Source of the DNA: Macrostomum lignano
Taxonomy: Eukaryota
Length of the DNA stretch: 64,000 nucleotides
Direction of reading: 5' to 3'
Assembly: GCA_002269645.1 (NCBI GenBank)
Contig: NIVC01002878.1
Span: 1-64,000, forward strand
Positions 1-14,692 of the stretch are shown here, piece after piece. The translations under genes and the position numbers were made by a program. Under the pieces are notes generated by a model. The model saw only the letters and a program-made list of their open reading frames with translations, searched no databases and had not been told where the DNA came from. The stretch's first letter is position 1; every line of letters begins with the position of its first letter.

Positions 1-1312
1 AATTTCATACTTTGGTGCTGGAGCAGGAGAGGCAGCAGTATGCACCGTCAGAATTTTTAGTTCTATCGACTGTGTAATTTTAATGTTTTCCAATACTAGC
101 TTTTTGGTAACCTGTTGGTCTCACTAATACGAGCATATTTATTCTACCTGACGATGCTGTATGTTCAGCGAAACATGTCGTACAAATAAAGTTTTATTTT
201 ATTCGCCATCAATATCCACAAATCCTCGAAAAAGAAATTTTTTGTCGGCTTTGTCTTTCTAGGCTACGAGTTGTATTAAAGAAAAGTAGCCTGCCTCAAA
301 TCCAAATGATATCATTGTAAAGTTCCACGTCCTGAACATGTAGCATTCAGACAAACTTACAATATATATCTACTAGCTTAAACGGACAACTTTGAATCGA
401 CAAAATTTGCCTACTCGCATCGAAATTCTTGCAGAGGTTGTTCATGTACTTCTGGGGTTTTTTCATTTGTCCCGTAGCTCAGAACTAAAGGAGTAGCAAG
501 TAAACAAACAAATTTAAATAAACTAACTTAATAATAGTTTTGAAACCGAAAGTCATCAAACAGAGTGTATTTTTTGCATTGTAAAATGGTACATAAAAGG
601 TTTGTGGAATGAAAATAGGTGCAAATAACAAATCATTTATAACGTAAGTTGAATAAATATTCTTAAGAAAAAAAACTTGTTTAGTAATAAAAAAACTTAC
701 GAATTCGATATCTGAGTCAAAAACTGTACCGCAGTTACTTACACTTTAAGTAGCTATACGTTCGACATTCGCCAACCTATCCGACGTACTCAACGTCAAT
801 GGACGTCGCTTCCAAGCGGATACTTTTATATTACACCGACAGTCAGTCGATGAATGTCGTAACTTGTCGAAGTAACGTCAAAGTGCCCGTTGTTACCATT
901 CGCGAAGAGGGTCAATCTTTAAATTCCAAAATATATGGACGTCTATCTAGGCTGACGCCTTGGCGGTGGAAGCGGAACTCGAAGAAGTCTTAGTGGACGT
1001 CGACTTTGACTTCGACGAGTTGGACTTTTTGCTTGACGTCGTCTTTGAAGCTGGCGGCGCCTTTAAGGCCCCGCAGCTGACCATCTTTGTCGCTCAAGAC
1101 CGTCGACGCAGTCTTTGTGCCTGGCGGCCAGCTGCTGCGCGCTGCTTCTCACCTCCGATGGGGTCATGTGATCCTGGCGCTTGATCCAGGCGGTGACCGT
1201 TCTGCAAGCGAGTTGTAGCGCGAGTGGGTACTCATGAGAGTAGAATGACAATAGTTTTCAACTTCAGACACCGCGGACACTAAATTTTAAGGCTACGTTC
1301 GTCAAGCCACTA

Positions 1313-1454
1313 GCCACCCCTCCCAAATCCTCAGTTTCCTGGCCAGCCTCCCAAATCCTCAGTTGCTGTGCCAGCCTCCTAAACCCTCAGTTGCTGTGCC
1401 AGCCTTCCAAATCCTCAGTTGCTGGGCCACCCTAGTAGGTCCTCAGCTGCTGGG
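1313..1454. repeat. 28-bp minisatellite (~5 units, CCAGCCTCCCAAATCCTCAGTTGCTGGG-like)
   Basis: Tandem units visible in the sequence; reverse complement of the array at 61467-61798. Confidence 0.85.
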
Positions 1455-1570
1455 ACAAAGACACCCTCCAGAAGTCCTTTGCTCACGGACAGACGTCCAT
1501 GACGCCCCCGGACTGCGCTTATACTATAGCAGATCTTAGACATTTGCGACAAATCCATTTCATTGTCAAC

Positions 1571-4242
1571 TCACGGCTCTGATGAGCTGAACCGAACGCT
1601 TCGCTGCAGTCCGCCGCCACCGCTTCCATCTCCGACCACTTGGATGCCTCTGTCGCCGCACGGAGTGACTCGCCTCACCCGGCAGGGCCGCTCCTCTGTC
1701 GGCACCGAGGGCGGCGTAACGTAGCGGCGTCGACTTTCGCGCGATCGCTCGTCTGGCGGCGTGGCAGTAATGCGACGTCGGCCACCGAATCGACCGTCGG
1801 GCGTCTCTTCGACGCTTACGGCGGCAGCGGCTGTGGAGCCGCGAGTTTCAGCCATGCGCGCCAGTCGAGCGGCCTTGGCAGACTCCTCGTCTGCTCGAGA
1901 GCGCAACAGTGCATCTGCGCGTTCCGCCGACACGGCGCGTCTGTGCTCGTAAATTCGATGTTGACGAGTCTCGAGTTCCAAGTCGCCCCGGCCGAGACAC
2001 GAGCCGATCTCAAGTGGCCGTCGGTTGTACATATTGGCCGAACGCACCGTCCATCTGGAAGATTGCCGATGGCCCGAGTAGCCGCAGGAGAAGCCGTTCT
2101 CCGAAGCCCAGTTGGTGCTCGCCCCGACAGCAAACGATCGCTGCTTTGACGGCGCCGGCGGTGGCTTCTTCAGAATCGACTTTGTCGGCGCTGTGCGACT
2201 CTTTGACTTAACAGCTGGAGCTTCTGGTCCCACAGAGGCGTCGACAAGGCGCCTGTCGAAGTCGGCAATCAGCTGGTCGGCGCGCCGATCCGTATCGTCT
2301 GGCCACTGTTCGAACTCGTCGTATTCTGCCGAGTCGTAGAGCATCCGGCCGCCATCAACGCTTCCGCTGCGGTGAGATCGAGCCGGAACAGCTTCCGGAA
2401 GCATGCGACCTGGTGGCCAAACCGGCCGCACTGCTTCGAATTCGTCTGGATTCCTGAGCGGCCGCGTAGCCAAATAGCCCGGACGAGTCGCCTCCGGGTA
2501 CTCGGGCGTCCAGTCGGCCAGGGCGAGCCGCTCCCGCCTTGGCATGACGGCCTCGAGCTGCAGTCGGTGGTACATCGAGTGGCTGATACGAACTGCCTTT
2601 CCCGGCTCCGCCACGCAGCTCGCGCCGTCCGTGAAAGCGACGGCCAACGGTCGCACGCCACCCCGCTTTTGCAGTCGTCGACGCTGTCGTCTGGTTGGTC
2701 TTCGACGCGATCTCCTGCTGCTGCTTGTCTCCGACGCAGCTCGTAGCCGTCCAGCACGATTGCAGGCCCATAGTCGGGTCTGTTGGGGCCGCGCGGCGCC
2801 AGGACGCAGTCTCCTGGGAGCAGTTGTCGGCGCAGCGCGTCGTCCAGGGCGATAAGCTCGCCAACCGGAGTAATTTGGTACTCGGTGTCTGAGAAGCCGT
2901 CTTTTCCAGCACAGTTTTTGGGTCTGTTTGTCTGCAGTTCTACGTTGAATTGGCCGGGAGTTGATGCCTGCGTAATGGATGCAATGAATGTACACGTTAT
3001 ACGAGTATTCTCGTATTATACGAGTTTTAAAACTACAGACATTTTTTCTCGTAAGATATCGTCTTTTTAGACGTATGTCTGAAATCGAAGTTAGAAATTT
3101 CTTTATTAAAATATCGAGATTCAGGCGCGTTACTGATTCCCATCGGTATCAGTAGGAAATTTCCTACTGAAATTCTAGCTTCTCTAATTAGAGTATTAGA
3201 GATACTCTATTGAAGACAGAAAAGACTTTTAAGGAAAAATTTGCTCACCTCTGATAAGACGGTGCCCTCATAGAAGAGTCCGTCCGACCGTCTCCTTGCC
3301 AACACTCGACGTCCCAGCAGGCTGACTCCAGCAATTGAAGGCGGCGGTGATCTGGGCGGCGAGGCGCCTCGTTCTGCGGCTCGAACTCTTGGCCGACTAG
3401 CCTGAAACTTGCTCCAGCTGCCGCCCCAGTGAGTCCCTGGCGGGCCTTGGTTTGAATACACAAACCGCCAGCCGTCTCTGTCCTCGCCTTCGAATAGCAG
3501 AGCCGGAGCGTCTAGCAGCGGGTCGCAGCGCAGCGAAGCTGTCACCGAGCAGAGTTTCCCACCGTTAATGGCAGGTGGAACCTGTTGACCGCCAGGACGG
3601 CCCCAGCGAGTCGCTGGCGAGCCGTCCGAGCAACCGGAGCTACCCGTTCGATGACACCTCGATGGCTGACGTTGGCAACTGTCAACGAACCGCCGGTAGC
3701 GCCGGCAATCTGCTGGAGCTCGGCCATCAAACCCGGCTGCGGCGTCAGCTCCGACTCTTTGGGGTAGACGCAGTGCACCGGCAGCGGCAGCGAGGACATC
3801 TCCGAAGATGTCAGGGTGGCCTCTGGCAAACTGTCTGTCACGAGGCAAACGGACGATGCGCCGCAATTTTTTGCCTCAACGGAGGCTGTGGTCAGCGCGG
3901 CTCGGGTGTCGGAGCAGCAACCGGACGTGCCGCCAATCGAAAGCCATCTGTCCGCGTCGACAATGGCTGCGGGTGTGCAGTCCACCATGCCTTCAGACCA
4001 GCGCTGCAGAGAGCCGGCGCCAAATCTGATCAAATTGAATCGGCGCGAACTGCCCGACCATCGTTGAGCAGCTCTACTAGCTCGGAGCGGACGGCTGGCA
4101 GCTTAGAGTGCATGCTGCCTGAGGTGTCGATGCAGAATAGCACGCCTCCGCTATTGCCGCCGCCATTGTAACAGACAGTGTCGACACTGTCGAATATTGT
4201 TGGTGAAGTGACGCCTGGCGCAGCATGCGATGTGTTAGGCAT
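1571..4242 (-). CDS. VWA domain + DUF4537 (tudor-like) protein, VWA3B/C11orf16-like; 2 exons (4242-3249, 2932-1571), three apparent frameshifts (~4065, ~3600, ~2660)
   Basis: VLFCIDTSGSMHSKL...FNLIRFG...VCLVTDSLP...LQQIAGATGG is a VWA motif set. RVLARRRSDGLFYEGTV and LLPGDCVLAP...YGPAIVLDG...LAVAFTDG resemble DUF4537. Donor GAG|GTGAG at 3249/3248 and acceptor CTGCAG|AC at 2933/2932. The similarity changes frame three times. Confidence 0.72.
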
Positions 4243-6012
4243 GGTTACTGTGGCGACTGCAAAAATTAATGTTTTTTAAGCATGTGATTTAATATTTTAT
4301 TGATTTCTTTAACATCAGTAGCCCACATCAATCCCCACGGAATCATTTAAAAGCACTAGCGGCAGAAGTCCAGTTTTGATATACGAACGTATTTGGGCCA
4401 AAGGCTACTTTGTTTCATTGATTCTTCAGTGCTTTTTTCGATTTTTCTGTCAGAAAAGTAAAGGCCTCGCAATGGTTCAATGTTCTCTGAGTACCCTGTG
4501 GCTTAGCAACTCAAATGTCAGTGATCAAACCTGAAACTTTTTCGTTAAAATTCTCATAGCATATGGTGAAGTGAGTTGCCAAGCCGCATAGTACGCAGAG
4601 AATATTCCATTGCGAGCTTGAAAGAAAGTTAAAAAAACTTTATTTCAGAATTTAAACTCTGAAAAAATCTAGAAAATCTAGCAAATGCCTATGTACATAG
4701 AACAATGTACAAAAAACACATAAGCAGTATTATTCAATCAATTATAAAAGCGGACATTTGCTTTGAAATTTACTTTGCTAAGTATAAAATTTTCATAAGA
4801 AAGCAAGAAAATAATTTTCATTTGATACCTTATCAACTTATCTTATCAACTTATCAACTATATATTTTTAAGTTACTTTGCATAAAGTTTGCACTTATCA
4901 TAAAGTGTTACTTTATGTTAGATAAAACTCCAACAGAATATGACAGAGTTTAAAAAAGTATTTTAATATAATGCATCGATAAAAGATTAATCCAATATAC
5001 TAAAAATATGTAGCTGAGCTGAGAATAAATAGCCAAGACAAGATGGAAACACAACACTGGACAAATTCATACCTCGTATGAGCTGATCATAAGTTAGAGG
5101 AGGTAAAGATATATAAAAAATAAATCAGAAAGTTTATTATCTTTTTTTATTAATTAATATGAAAGCTATATAATTTCAAAATCAAAACGACACGAATTAG
5201 TATTTGTTACGGCCGCTATGAAAAATGTAGAATAATAACCTAATTGACTTTGTCGAAAACGGTATCCATTATAAATATATTATACATTATCTAAGTCTTA
5301 AATTTAATATTTTTTAATACAATAAATTTTTTGATACAAAAATCTCTAGGATTGCAGTTTTTGTGCATTTTTATGATAAATAAATGTAGCTTTGTTAAGC
5401 TTAGAAGAATCATTTCAGCAAAAGCAGTCACCCATTATAATTAAAAGTTTTCGGAAAGCTACACAATAAAAAATGCGATTAATAAAAGATCTCTAATGTT
5501 TTACTAAGAGGGTTTTAACTAGGGGACTTTATTATTTACATATACACTGTATACATGTACGTTCGTTCAGAAAAATTGATTTCTGACCTAAAGAACTGTT
5601 CCAAAATTCTACAATTTTTCAAACACGTCGATCGTTACTTACATATATTAGAAGAGCGCTACAAATTAAAGACTTTCGAAAATCCCGTGTATTTTTGTGT
5701 ATCAAAAAATTCGTTTTTCTATTTCAGTATTCCTATTTCTAATTACTGTATCGATCCTGCGTGCACCTACGTAACCGAATCCAGGGACTACGTAAATTAC
5801 TTAATTAAGTAGTCCTTGACTAAATCATGGTTATTGCATAATGAATAATGCAGGGCCTAGTAAAATTGCAGGTAGCAAACATTAAAATATACATGAACAC
5901 CTTACTGATCTGTGCCTTTTGTAAGATTTTTGTGCAATCCATGCGGCCCGCGAAATCGGCTGCCAGAAGTACATGTACATGTACATGTATATGGTGCTGC
6001 ATGGCGTCGTCT

Positions 6013-6699
6013 AGTGCTGGCGCCCCTGGTGCTGGCGCCCCTGGTGCTGGCGCCCCTGGTGCTGGCGCCCCTGGTGCTGGCGCCCCTGGTGCTGGCGCCC
6101 CTGGTGCTGGCGCCCCTGGTGCTGGCGCCCCTGGTGCTGGCGCCCCTGGTGCTGGCGCCCCTGGTGCTGGCGCCCCTGGTGCTAGCGCCCCTGGTGCTGG
6201 CGCCCCTGGTGCTGGCGCCCCTGGTGCTGGCGCCCCTGGTGCTGGCGCCCCTGGTGCTGGCGCCCCTGGTGCTGGCGCCCTGGTGCTGGCGCCCCTGGTG
6301 CTGGCGCCCCTGGTGCTGGCGCCCTGGTGCTGGCGCCCCTGGTGCTAAAGCCCCTGGTGCTAAAGCCCCTGGTGCTAAAGCCCCTGGTGCTAAAGCCCCT
6401 GGTGCTAAAGCCCCTGGTGCTAAAGCCCCTGGTGCTAAAGCCCCTGGTGCTAAAGCCCCTGGTGCTAAAGCCCCTGGTGCTAAAGCCCCTGGTGCTAAAG
6501 CCCCTGGTGCTAAAGCCCCTGGTGCTAAAGCCCCTGGTGCTAAAGCCCCTGGTGCTAAAGCCCCTGGTGCTAAAGCCCCTGGTGCTAAAGCCCCTGGTGC
6601 TAAAGCCCCTGGTGCTAAAGCCCCTGGTGCTAAAGCCCCTGGTGCTAAAGCCCCTGGTGCTAAAGCCCCTGGTGCTAAAGCCCCTGGTGCTAACCCCCC
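6013..6699 (+). repeat. 15-bp minisatellite: (GGTGCTGGCGCCCCT)n switching at ~6341 to (GGTGCTAAAGCCCCT)n
   Basis: Near-perfect tandem array read directly. Confidence 0.97.
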
Positions 6700-7349
6700 T
6701 CAAATGAAATAGCGCTTTCAAAGACACACCCTTTGCAAAATTCTGTCGGTCCACGTCCCTGGTGCATGTGAAACCATGCTCCATACACTTTTTAGCCGCT
6801 ACTTTTGTAGCGTTAGCATAGCTTTAAATGATGAAATAATTGTCCGAGTAATTTGCAGAACATGTGCATGCACACTTTATTTTCAACTACGCTTGTTAGA
6901 AAGCAGTCGCAGACACATTCATAAACCTCCTGTAATTAACGGACCAACGCCATTTTCACAGTGCAGCGCCGTTTTCATGAGCACAGTTCAGCTGCAACTC
7001 GCATGTTGGCAAATTTTAGTGAAGATAATACATAGCAGCTGCACTGGATGAAGGGGTTGTGGCCGGTGCTGCAGCCGGTTAGCAGCGGAGTCCTCACGCA
7101 TGGAAACTTAATTGCTTAATAGTTGGCTCTGTGTGGCAAATTTTGATGCTGCTGTGTGATTCTGGACTCTCCCTCTTGCCACCCCTCCTCTCTCTCTGTT
7201 ACTCCTACTCTCTCCCTACCACTTGCTAAAACTCTTCTGTGTATATGCTGGCTCTAGTTAATTGGGATCATAAAGTAATATACACATACGCATAGCTTAT
7301 ATGTATGCATATAGAGAATTGTTTTAATATACTTAAACAACGCCGAAGC

Positions 7350-8966
<1,617 letters not shown>

Positions 8967-8967
8967 A

Positions 8968-9494
8968 TCTAATCGTCGGTCATCTTCCTCGACTGGACTA
9001 ACTCGCAATTCAACTGCGCCAAACTTGTCGCCTTATCCGGCTGAGTCTATTCTCAGCTTGATGTCGCCTCCAACTGATGCTGAACCCACTCAGCAACAGC
9101 AGCAGCAAGTTGCTCAGCAACAGCAGCGTCACTGGAATCGACTCAGTCCTGAGCACACTATTCGACTATTAGGCATTGATCGCGAATTGGACTGCACTCC
9201 CAGAGGCCTTGACAAATGGTTGCAGGGCATTCGAGCTTGGCTGCACGGTACCCTGATCGAGCCTCTGAGCAGGGATATCGAGCGGGTTAATGCTCGGCTT
9301 AGGGAGGCTGGAGCTTCATCCGAGATGTTAATAAGGCAAGCCAGTTTGTCCCAACTTCAAGCTGTTATTAATAACGTTTCGGCTAATGCCGCCACCGCTG
9401 CGCCTTGGACTCGAGCTCTGGCACCGCTGATGCCCTACCTGCAGGCCTGCGATGATCAGGGTTACCTGGTTAGACGGTTGGCTGAACTGGCTAG
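8968..9494 (+). CDS. TMEM209: Isolated exon of a TMEM209-like nuclear envelope protein (other exons not found in the window)
   Basis: LDKWLQGIRAWLHGTLIEPLSRDIERVNARL...ASLSQLQ...PYLQACDDQGYLVRRLAELA matches recalled TMEM209 (W..KFRNWI..TIL.PL..EIE.V...YL..RIKEL). Donor AG|GTGGGG at 9494/9495; candidate acceptor TCTATTCTCAG at 9056. Confidence 0.7.
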
Positions 9495-9665
9495 GTGGGG
9501 CTGGGGCTCGGTTTTTGCTGGATTTGGTAGATTGTGTGTAGAGTTGGTTGAGTTGCAGGTGGATTAGTAGTTTTGGTCGATGGTTAACCTTAGCAGTTGG
9601 TTTGGTAAATTGGGTAGAGTGGGCTGGTAGGTTCGGCATATTTATTCGAGAAGTGGATTTTGATG

Positions 9666-10089
<424 letters not shown>

Positions 10090-10152
10090 CAATACAATAC
10101 AATAAATACAATGGCCACCGGCCACAAGTGGTCAGGAAAGGGGGGGACATTG

Positions 10153-13100
10153 TCAAAAAGCACGCTTAGCTGCGCAGTCTCTGATGAAGGTAGCGCCATT
10201 GATCTGATCAGGCGCCCTGGCGTCTTCTGTCAGACAGTCGACGAACCTCCGGGTCCGCGCCTGCCCCCGCCGGAACGGGCCCTGCTGCGTGTACAGCAAG
10301 ACCTCCTGCAGCGGCTCCGGGCAGTAGGACTCGGCGCGAATGACGTGGCCCGCCAGCTTCAGGCGGCGCTGTCGCAGGGTCACGCTGGGAGGGCTCAGCT
10401 TGGCCCGCTGGTAGAGAGCCTGGTTGGTGACGTGTTCGGCGTGACGGTGCACGCTGAAGGCAGCGCGCAGCAGGCTGGAGTGCGCCGCGTCCAGCTGGCG
10501 CTCCAGCACATCCGTCATGGTCCAGGTCTCGGCGTTGTAGAAGAGCACCGTTTCCACCACCGCCTGGAACAGTCTGGTTCTCAGCTGGTCTGGCAGGGCG
10601 TCGCTTTGGAGCACGATGCGCACTGAGCGGAAAGCCGCCCACGCAAGCCCTCTGCGACGCCGCAGGTCCTCCTGGACGCTGGGCACGAGACCACCAAGGT
10701 ACCGGAACTGCTCACATCGGGGGAGCGGTGCTGCCGTTGCGCTGTCCATGCTGGGAAGGCGGATGACCGCTGGCAGATCGGCTGGCACAGTCAGGACCTC
10801 CGTCTTCTTGGCGTTGATCTTAAGGCCAACCTTCGCAGCGGCAGCAGCTAGGCCGTCGAGGAGGCGTTGAGCACCAGCAGCAGTGGATGCCAGCAGGGCG
10901 AGGTCATCAGCATATCCGAGGACTGCCAGCCGCTTCTCCGGGTGCCGGCTGCTCGTTCGCCTGCATAGGATGTAGCCGTCCGAGTTGTCCGGTAGTCCTG
11001 TCCGCAGCACCCAGTCCAAGATGAGGATGAACAGGAAGGGAGCGAGGGTGTCTCCTTGCAGGACTCCGGATGAGGTGGTGAAGAAGTCGGAAAGGCCGTC
11101 AGGTGTGATCACAGCAGCGTGCGTGTCGTGGTAGAGCGCCATCACTGCTGCAATCAGTTTCTCTGGCACGTTGTAGGCTCGGAGAACTAGTGGAATCACG
11201 CCTCGAGCCACCGAGTCGAAAGCCTTCAGGAAGTCGATGAACAGACAGAAAAGGTCCGACTGGCGAATGCGCGATTCCTCGATAATTCTCCGGAGCGCCA
11301 GAATTTGCGTGACTGTACCACGTCGTGGCCGGAACCCATTCTGCTCGTACCGCAGGTAAGGGTCCAGCACTGGCTGCAAGCGCGACAGTAGCAGCTTGTT
11401 GTGCAGCTTGGCGGCACAGGACATCAGGGAGATGCCCCGATGTTCTTCAATCTTGTTGGTGCCCGGCTTCTTGGGGATTCCGACGATATGTGCTCGGGTC
11501 CACTCCGGAGGTGCGACGCCAGTATCGAGAACGTTGTTGATCACCCTGGCGATCTCCTGGGCGACCTTGGGCAGTCTGAGCACCTCGTTGGGAACTTCGT
11601 CGGGACCCGTTGCCTTGCCGCCTGGGATCTTCTTGGCGAGCTGACAAACATCGATTGCGGTCACATGGCCGGTACAGAAATGATGCGGAGGCGGCAGTGG
11701 CGTGTCAGGGGCAGCGCCAGCACATCAGGGAGCGCAGGTGGTGGCGCATTCACTATGCTAGCGAAAAAGTCCCGCAGGCTGTTCTTGCGCTCATCCGGCG
11801 TGTCCCCAACCAGGTTGAGCGCCGTGCGTTGCTTCCTGCCAGTGAGGGTGTTGATGGCAGTCCACACGGTGCCGCTTTTCCTGTCCGGGGCGGCGGAGGT
11901 GACGGCGCGGATGGCCTCGCTCACGGCAGCCAGCTGCTGCTCTTTGTAGACAATGGCGAGGGCCTTTTCCGCCTCGTCTGTTGTGTGCCTGCTCCTCCTG
12001 AGTCGCTGCACTCGATCTTGGGCCTCTCTGATCGCTGGGTCGCTCATCCACACTGGTTGTGAGCGCTGCGGTGGACGCACGAGTGGTAGCGTGCTTTCCG
12101 CCGCGGTGTGGATTGCGTCGCATATGTCACCATACTGAGCGTTGTGGGTGTCGCCCAGCGCGGTGGAGAAGGCGCGAGAGAAGCGGTTCCTAGTTGCTGG
12201 GTTCCGCAGTGCTCTAAAGAAACGCCTCGGTCTTTTCTTCGGTGGTCGGTACAGGGGGTCACGGAGACGCAAGTCACAGAACAGCAACTTATGGTCTGAC
12301 CCCACGGCCAGTGGTCTGACGGTGTCGCAATTCAATGCTCGGCGGCGTTCGCGAGTGCGCAGTAGCACGTGGTCTAACTGCGCTAGCCTGCAAGTCGCGT
12401 TACGGCCGGTTGCATTTCGCCTTCTCCGTTTACAGCCGGTAAAGGTCGCGAGCCGGCTGGCAGGTTTGCGGAAGGTGGTATTTGCGGACACCAGATCGTG
12501 CTGCTCTGTCAGACTCACCAGCGCATCAGTGTTTGGATTCTCGCGTGAAGTCACATAAGGGGCGCTAGCGGATCGACGCATCACCGCATTCAGATCGCCA
12601 AGCACCACCAGAGTGTCTCGCTGCGCGATGGTTTCTAGTTGAGCCGACAGGAGATCGTAGAACCTGCCAGCTTCTTCTGGGTGGGCAGCTGTCGGCGCGT
12701 ACGCGCAGAAGAGGCGCGCGTTGCGGTTACGTAGGCGAATGTCAACCCGCATCAGTCGGGGGCTCAGGGGGAGACAGCGCACGCTTTGTCGCAGCCGAGG
12801 GTTTACAAGGGCACCGACCCCGCCACGTCCTTTCTTGTCCGCGGAGGTGTAGAACAGTGTCCAGCCGCCACCAAGGTCTTCCACTTGCAAGTTGGGTCCG
12901 CTGACGATGGAATGCTCTTGCAACATCAGGATGTCCAAACGCAGATCTTGGGCGAGTTGGGCAACCAATCCTCTTCGCCAGGTTGCCTTCAGAGTGCGGC
13001 AGTTGAAGGTTGCCAATCTAAGCGTGCAGTTTGGTACGGCTGGGGCCCGCTGACATTGGGCCTCATGGTCTCCGGCGCCACCCGGCAGATCCAAATCCTC

Positions 13101-13322
13101 AGTGGACGGGGTGGGCTGGCGGCGCATGTTGGATCCGCGCAGCCGGCCTCTGCGATTCCGTTCACGACGCCTCTCAATCCGACGCCGAACGCTCCGCTTG
13201 CCCCGTCTCACTTTGGTGCTGACTTTTGCAGCCGCAGCCGGGGGGCGCGGCTCACCGAGCCGACCGAGGAGAGCGCAGTCTGATGCAGGTGCTGCTGCTG
13301 CGTCACCAGGAGGCGTCAGCAT
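10153..13322 (-). CDS. RTE endonuclease-reverse transcriptase single ORF, one -1 frameshift in a C-run near 11705
   Basis: APE motifs LATFNCRTL, LMLQEH, LGDLN, LDHVL, SDH; RT motifs GFR, FIDFLKAFDSV, GVLQGDTLAPFLF, YADD, FRYLG; RTE C-terminal RRLKLAGHVIR. The two ORFs join if one C is added in CTGCCCCTGAC. Confidence 0.92.
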
Positions 13323-13338
13323 TATACTTGCACATCAG

Positions 13339-13446
13339 TGTAAATATAAGTGGCTCTGTAAATATAAGTGGCTCTGTAAATATAAGTGGCTCTGTAAATA
13401 TAAGTGGCTCTGTAAATATAAGTGGCTCTGTAAATATAAGTGGCTC
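13339..13446 (-). repeat. Six perfect 18-bp units (GAGCCACTTATATTTACA on the element strand) in the RTE 5' UTR
   Basis: 6 x 18 bp counted directly, ending 17 nt upstream of the ORF ATG at 13322. Confidence 0.95.
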
Positions 13447-13460
13447 TTATCTATCTATCT

Positions 13461-13956
<496 letters not shown>

Positions 13957-14692
13957 AATGAAACTCTGGCTTCATCTTACCATTGAAAATTCATTAGGCA
14001 TCCATTAAAATCCATTACCCCGACGCGGGGGAATTTCAATGAAAAAACTGAGTAAAAATTTTCAATAGATAGGATGAGCATCATAAAAACAAAATTCAGT
14101 GAATCGCAACTCAATGCCGGTAAAATGCCACGCGTTTTGGGGATGGGGTGTTTTGTTGAGCCCCGACTCAAATTGGTGTTTTTCTATAAACTCATTCCTG
14201 CTCTGCGCTCCTCTCCGGCAGTCGGCCGGTCTTCCCAGTCGCTTTTTGGGGACTTTTTTAAAGGCCTAACAAGCGTTTTTTTGTAGTTCTGCTGTAAGCT
14301 GTCATCGCGTGCCTGTGCTCCATCGCTGTGACTGGGCGCAAAACTTCTCAACTTGTGCCTATGCAGGGAAGACGCGGCCTACCACTCTCCTCTCCTCTGC
14401 TCCCCTCTGCTCCCCTCTGCCTCTCCCTGAGTCTCTGAGCCTCATGGCTGCATGCCGCTCCCCCAGCAGAGCTGACCAATTGTTAGCAGTCAGTGCTGAG
14501 AATGCCACTTCTCTGCAGACAGCTTCCATCTGTCTTCTAGCAGACACAGCCACCCAGTACCAACCGTTAAATATTCTCTAAAACTTTGACGTCACCACAA
14601 GCATGCTTATCCACTTGGAGCAATGATAGCGTTTTGACGCTTTTGTTCTAAAAAACTTCTAAGCGCTTGTGGGCGCCTCTGAGCTGAGAGCA

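Larger units (their letters stand above)
10090..13461 (-). mobile_element. RTE-clade non-LTR retrotransposon, apparently full length
   Basis: APE endonuclease plus RT; very short 3' UTR ending in a (TTGTA)n/(TATC)n microsatellite tail; 5' tandem monomers. Confidence 0.93.

Noticed and set aside
947-1251. GC-rich stretch with short ORFs including a Ser/Lys/Thr-rich frame on the - strand
   Set aside because: No domain, no convincing splice structure, and no frame stays open across it
5848-6784. GAPGA/LVLAP/STRGF repeat ORFs as an elastin- or silk-like protein (also 22856-25603)
   Set aside because: The 15-bp unit is stop-free in most frames. The array has frame-breaking indels, occurs in both orientations with unrelated flanks, is interrupted by an LTR and has no signal peptide. 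Expression data would be needed to revive this
13200-13330. HDV-like ribozyme at the RTE 5' end
   Set aside because: A TCCTCG loop-like motif is present but I could not form the P1/P2/P3 pairings by eye; an Infernal search would settle it
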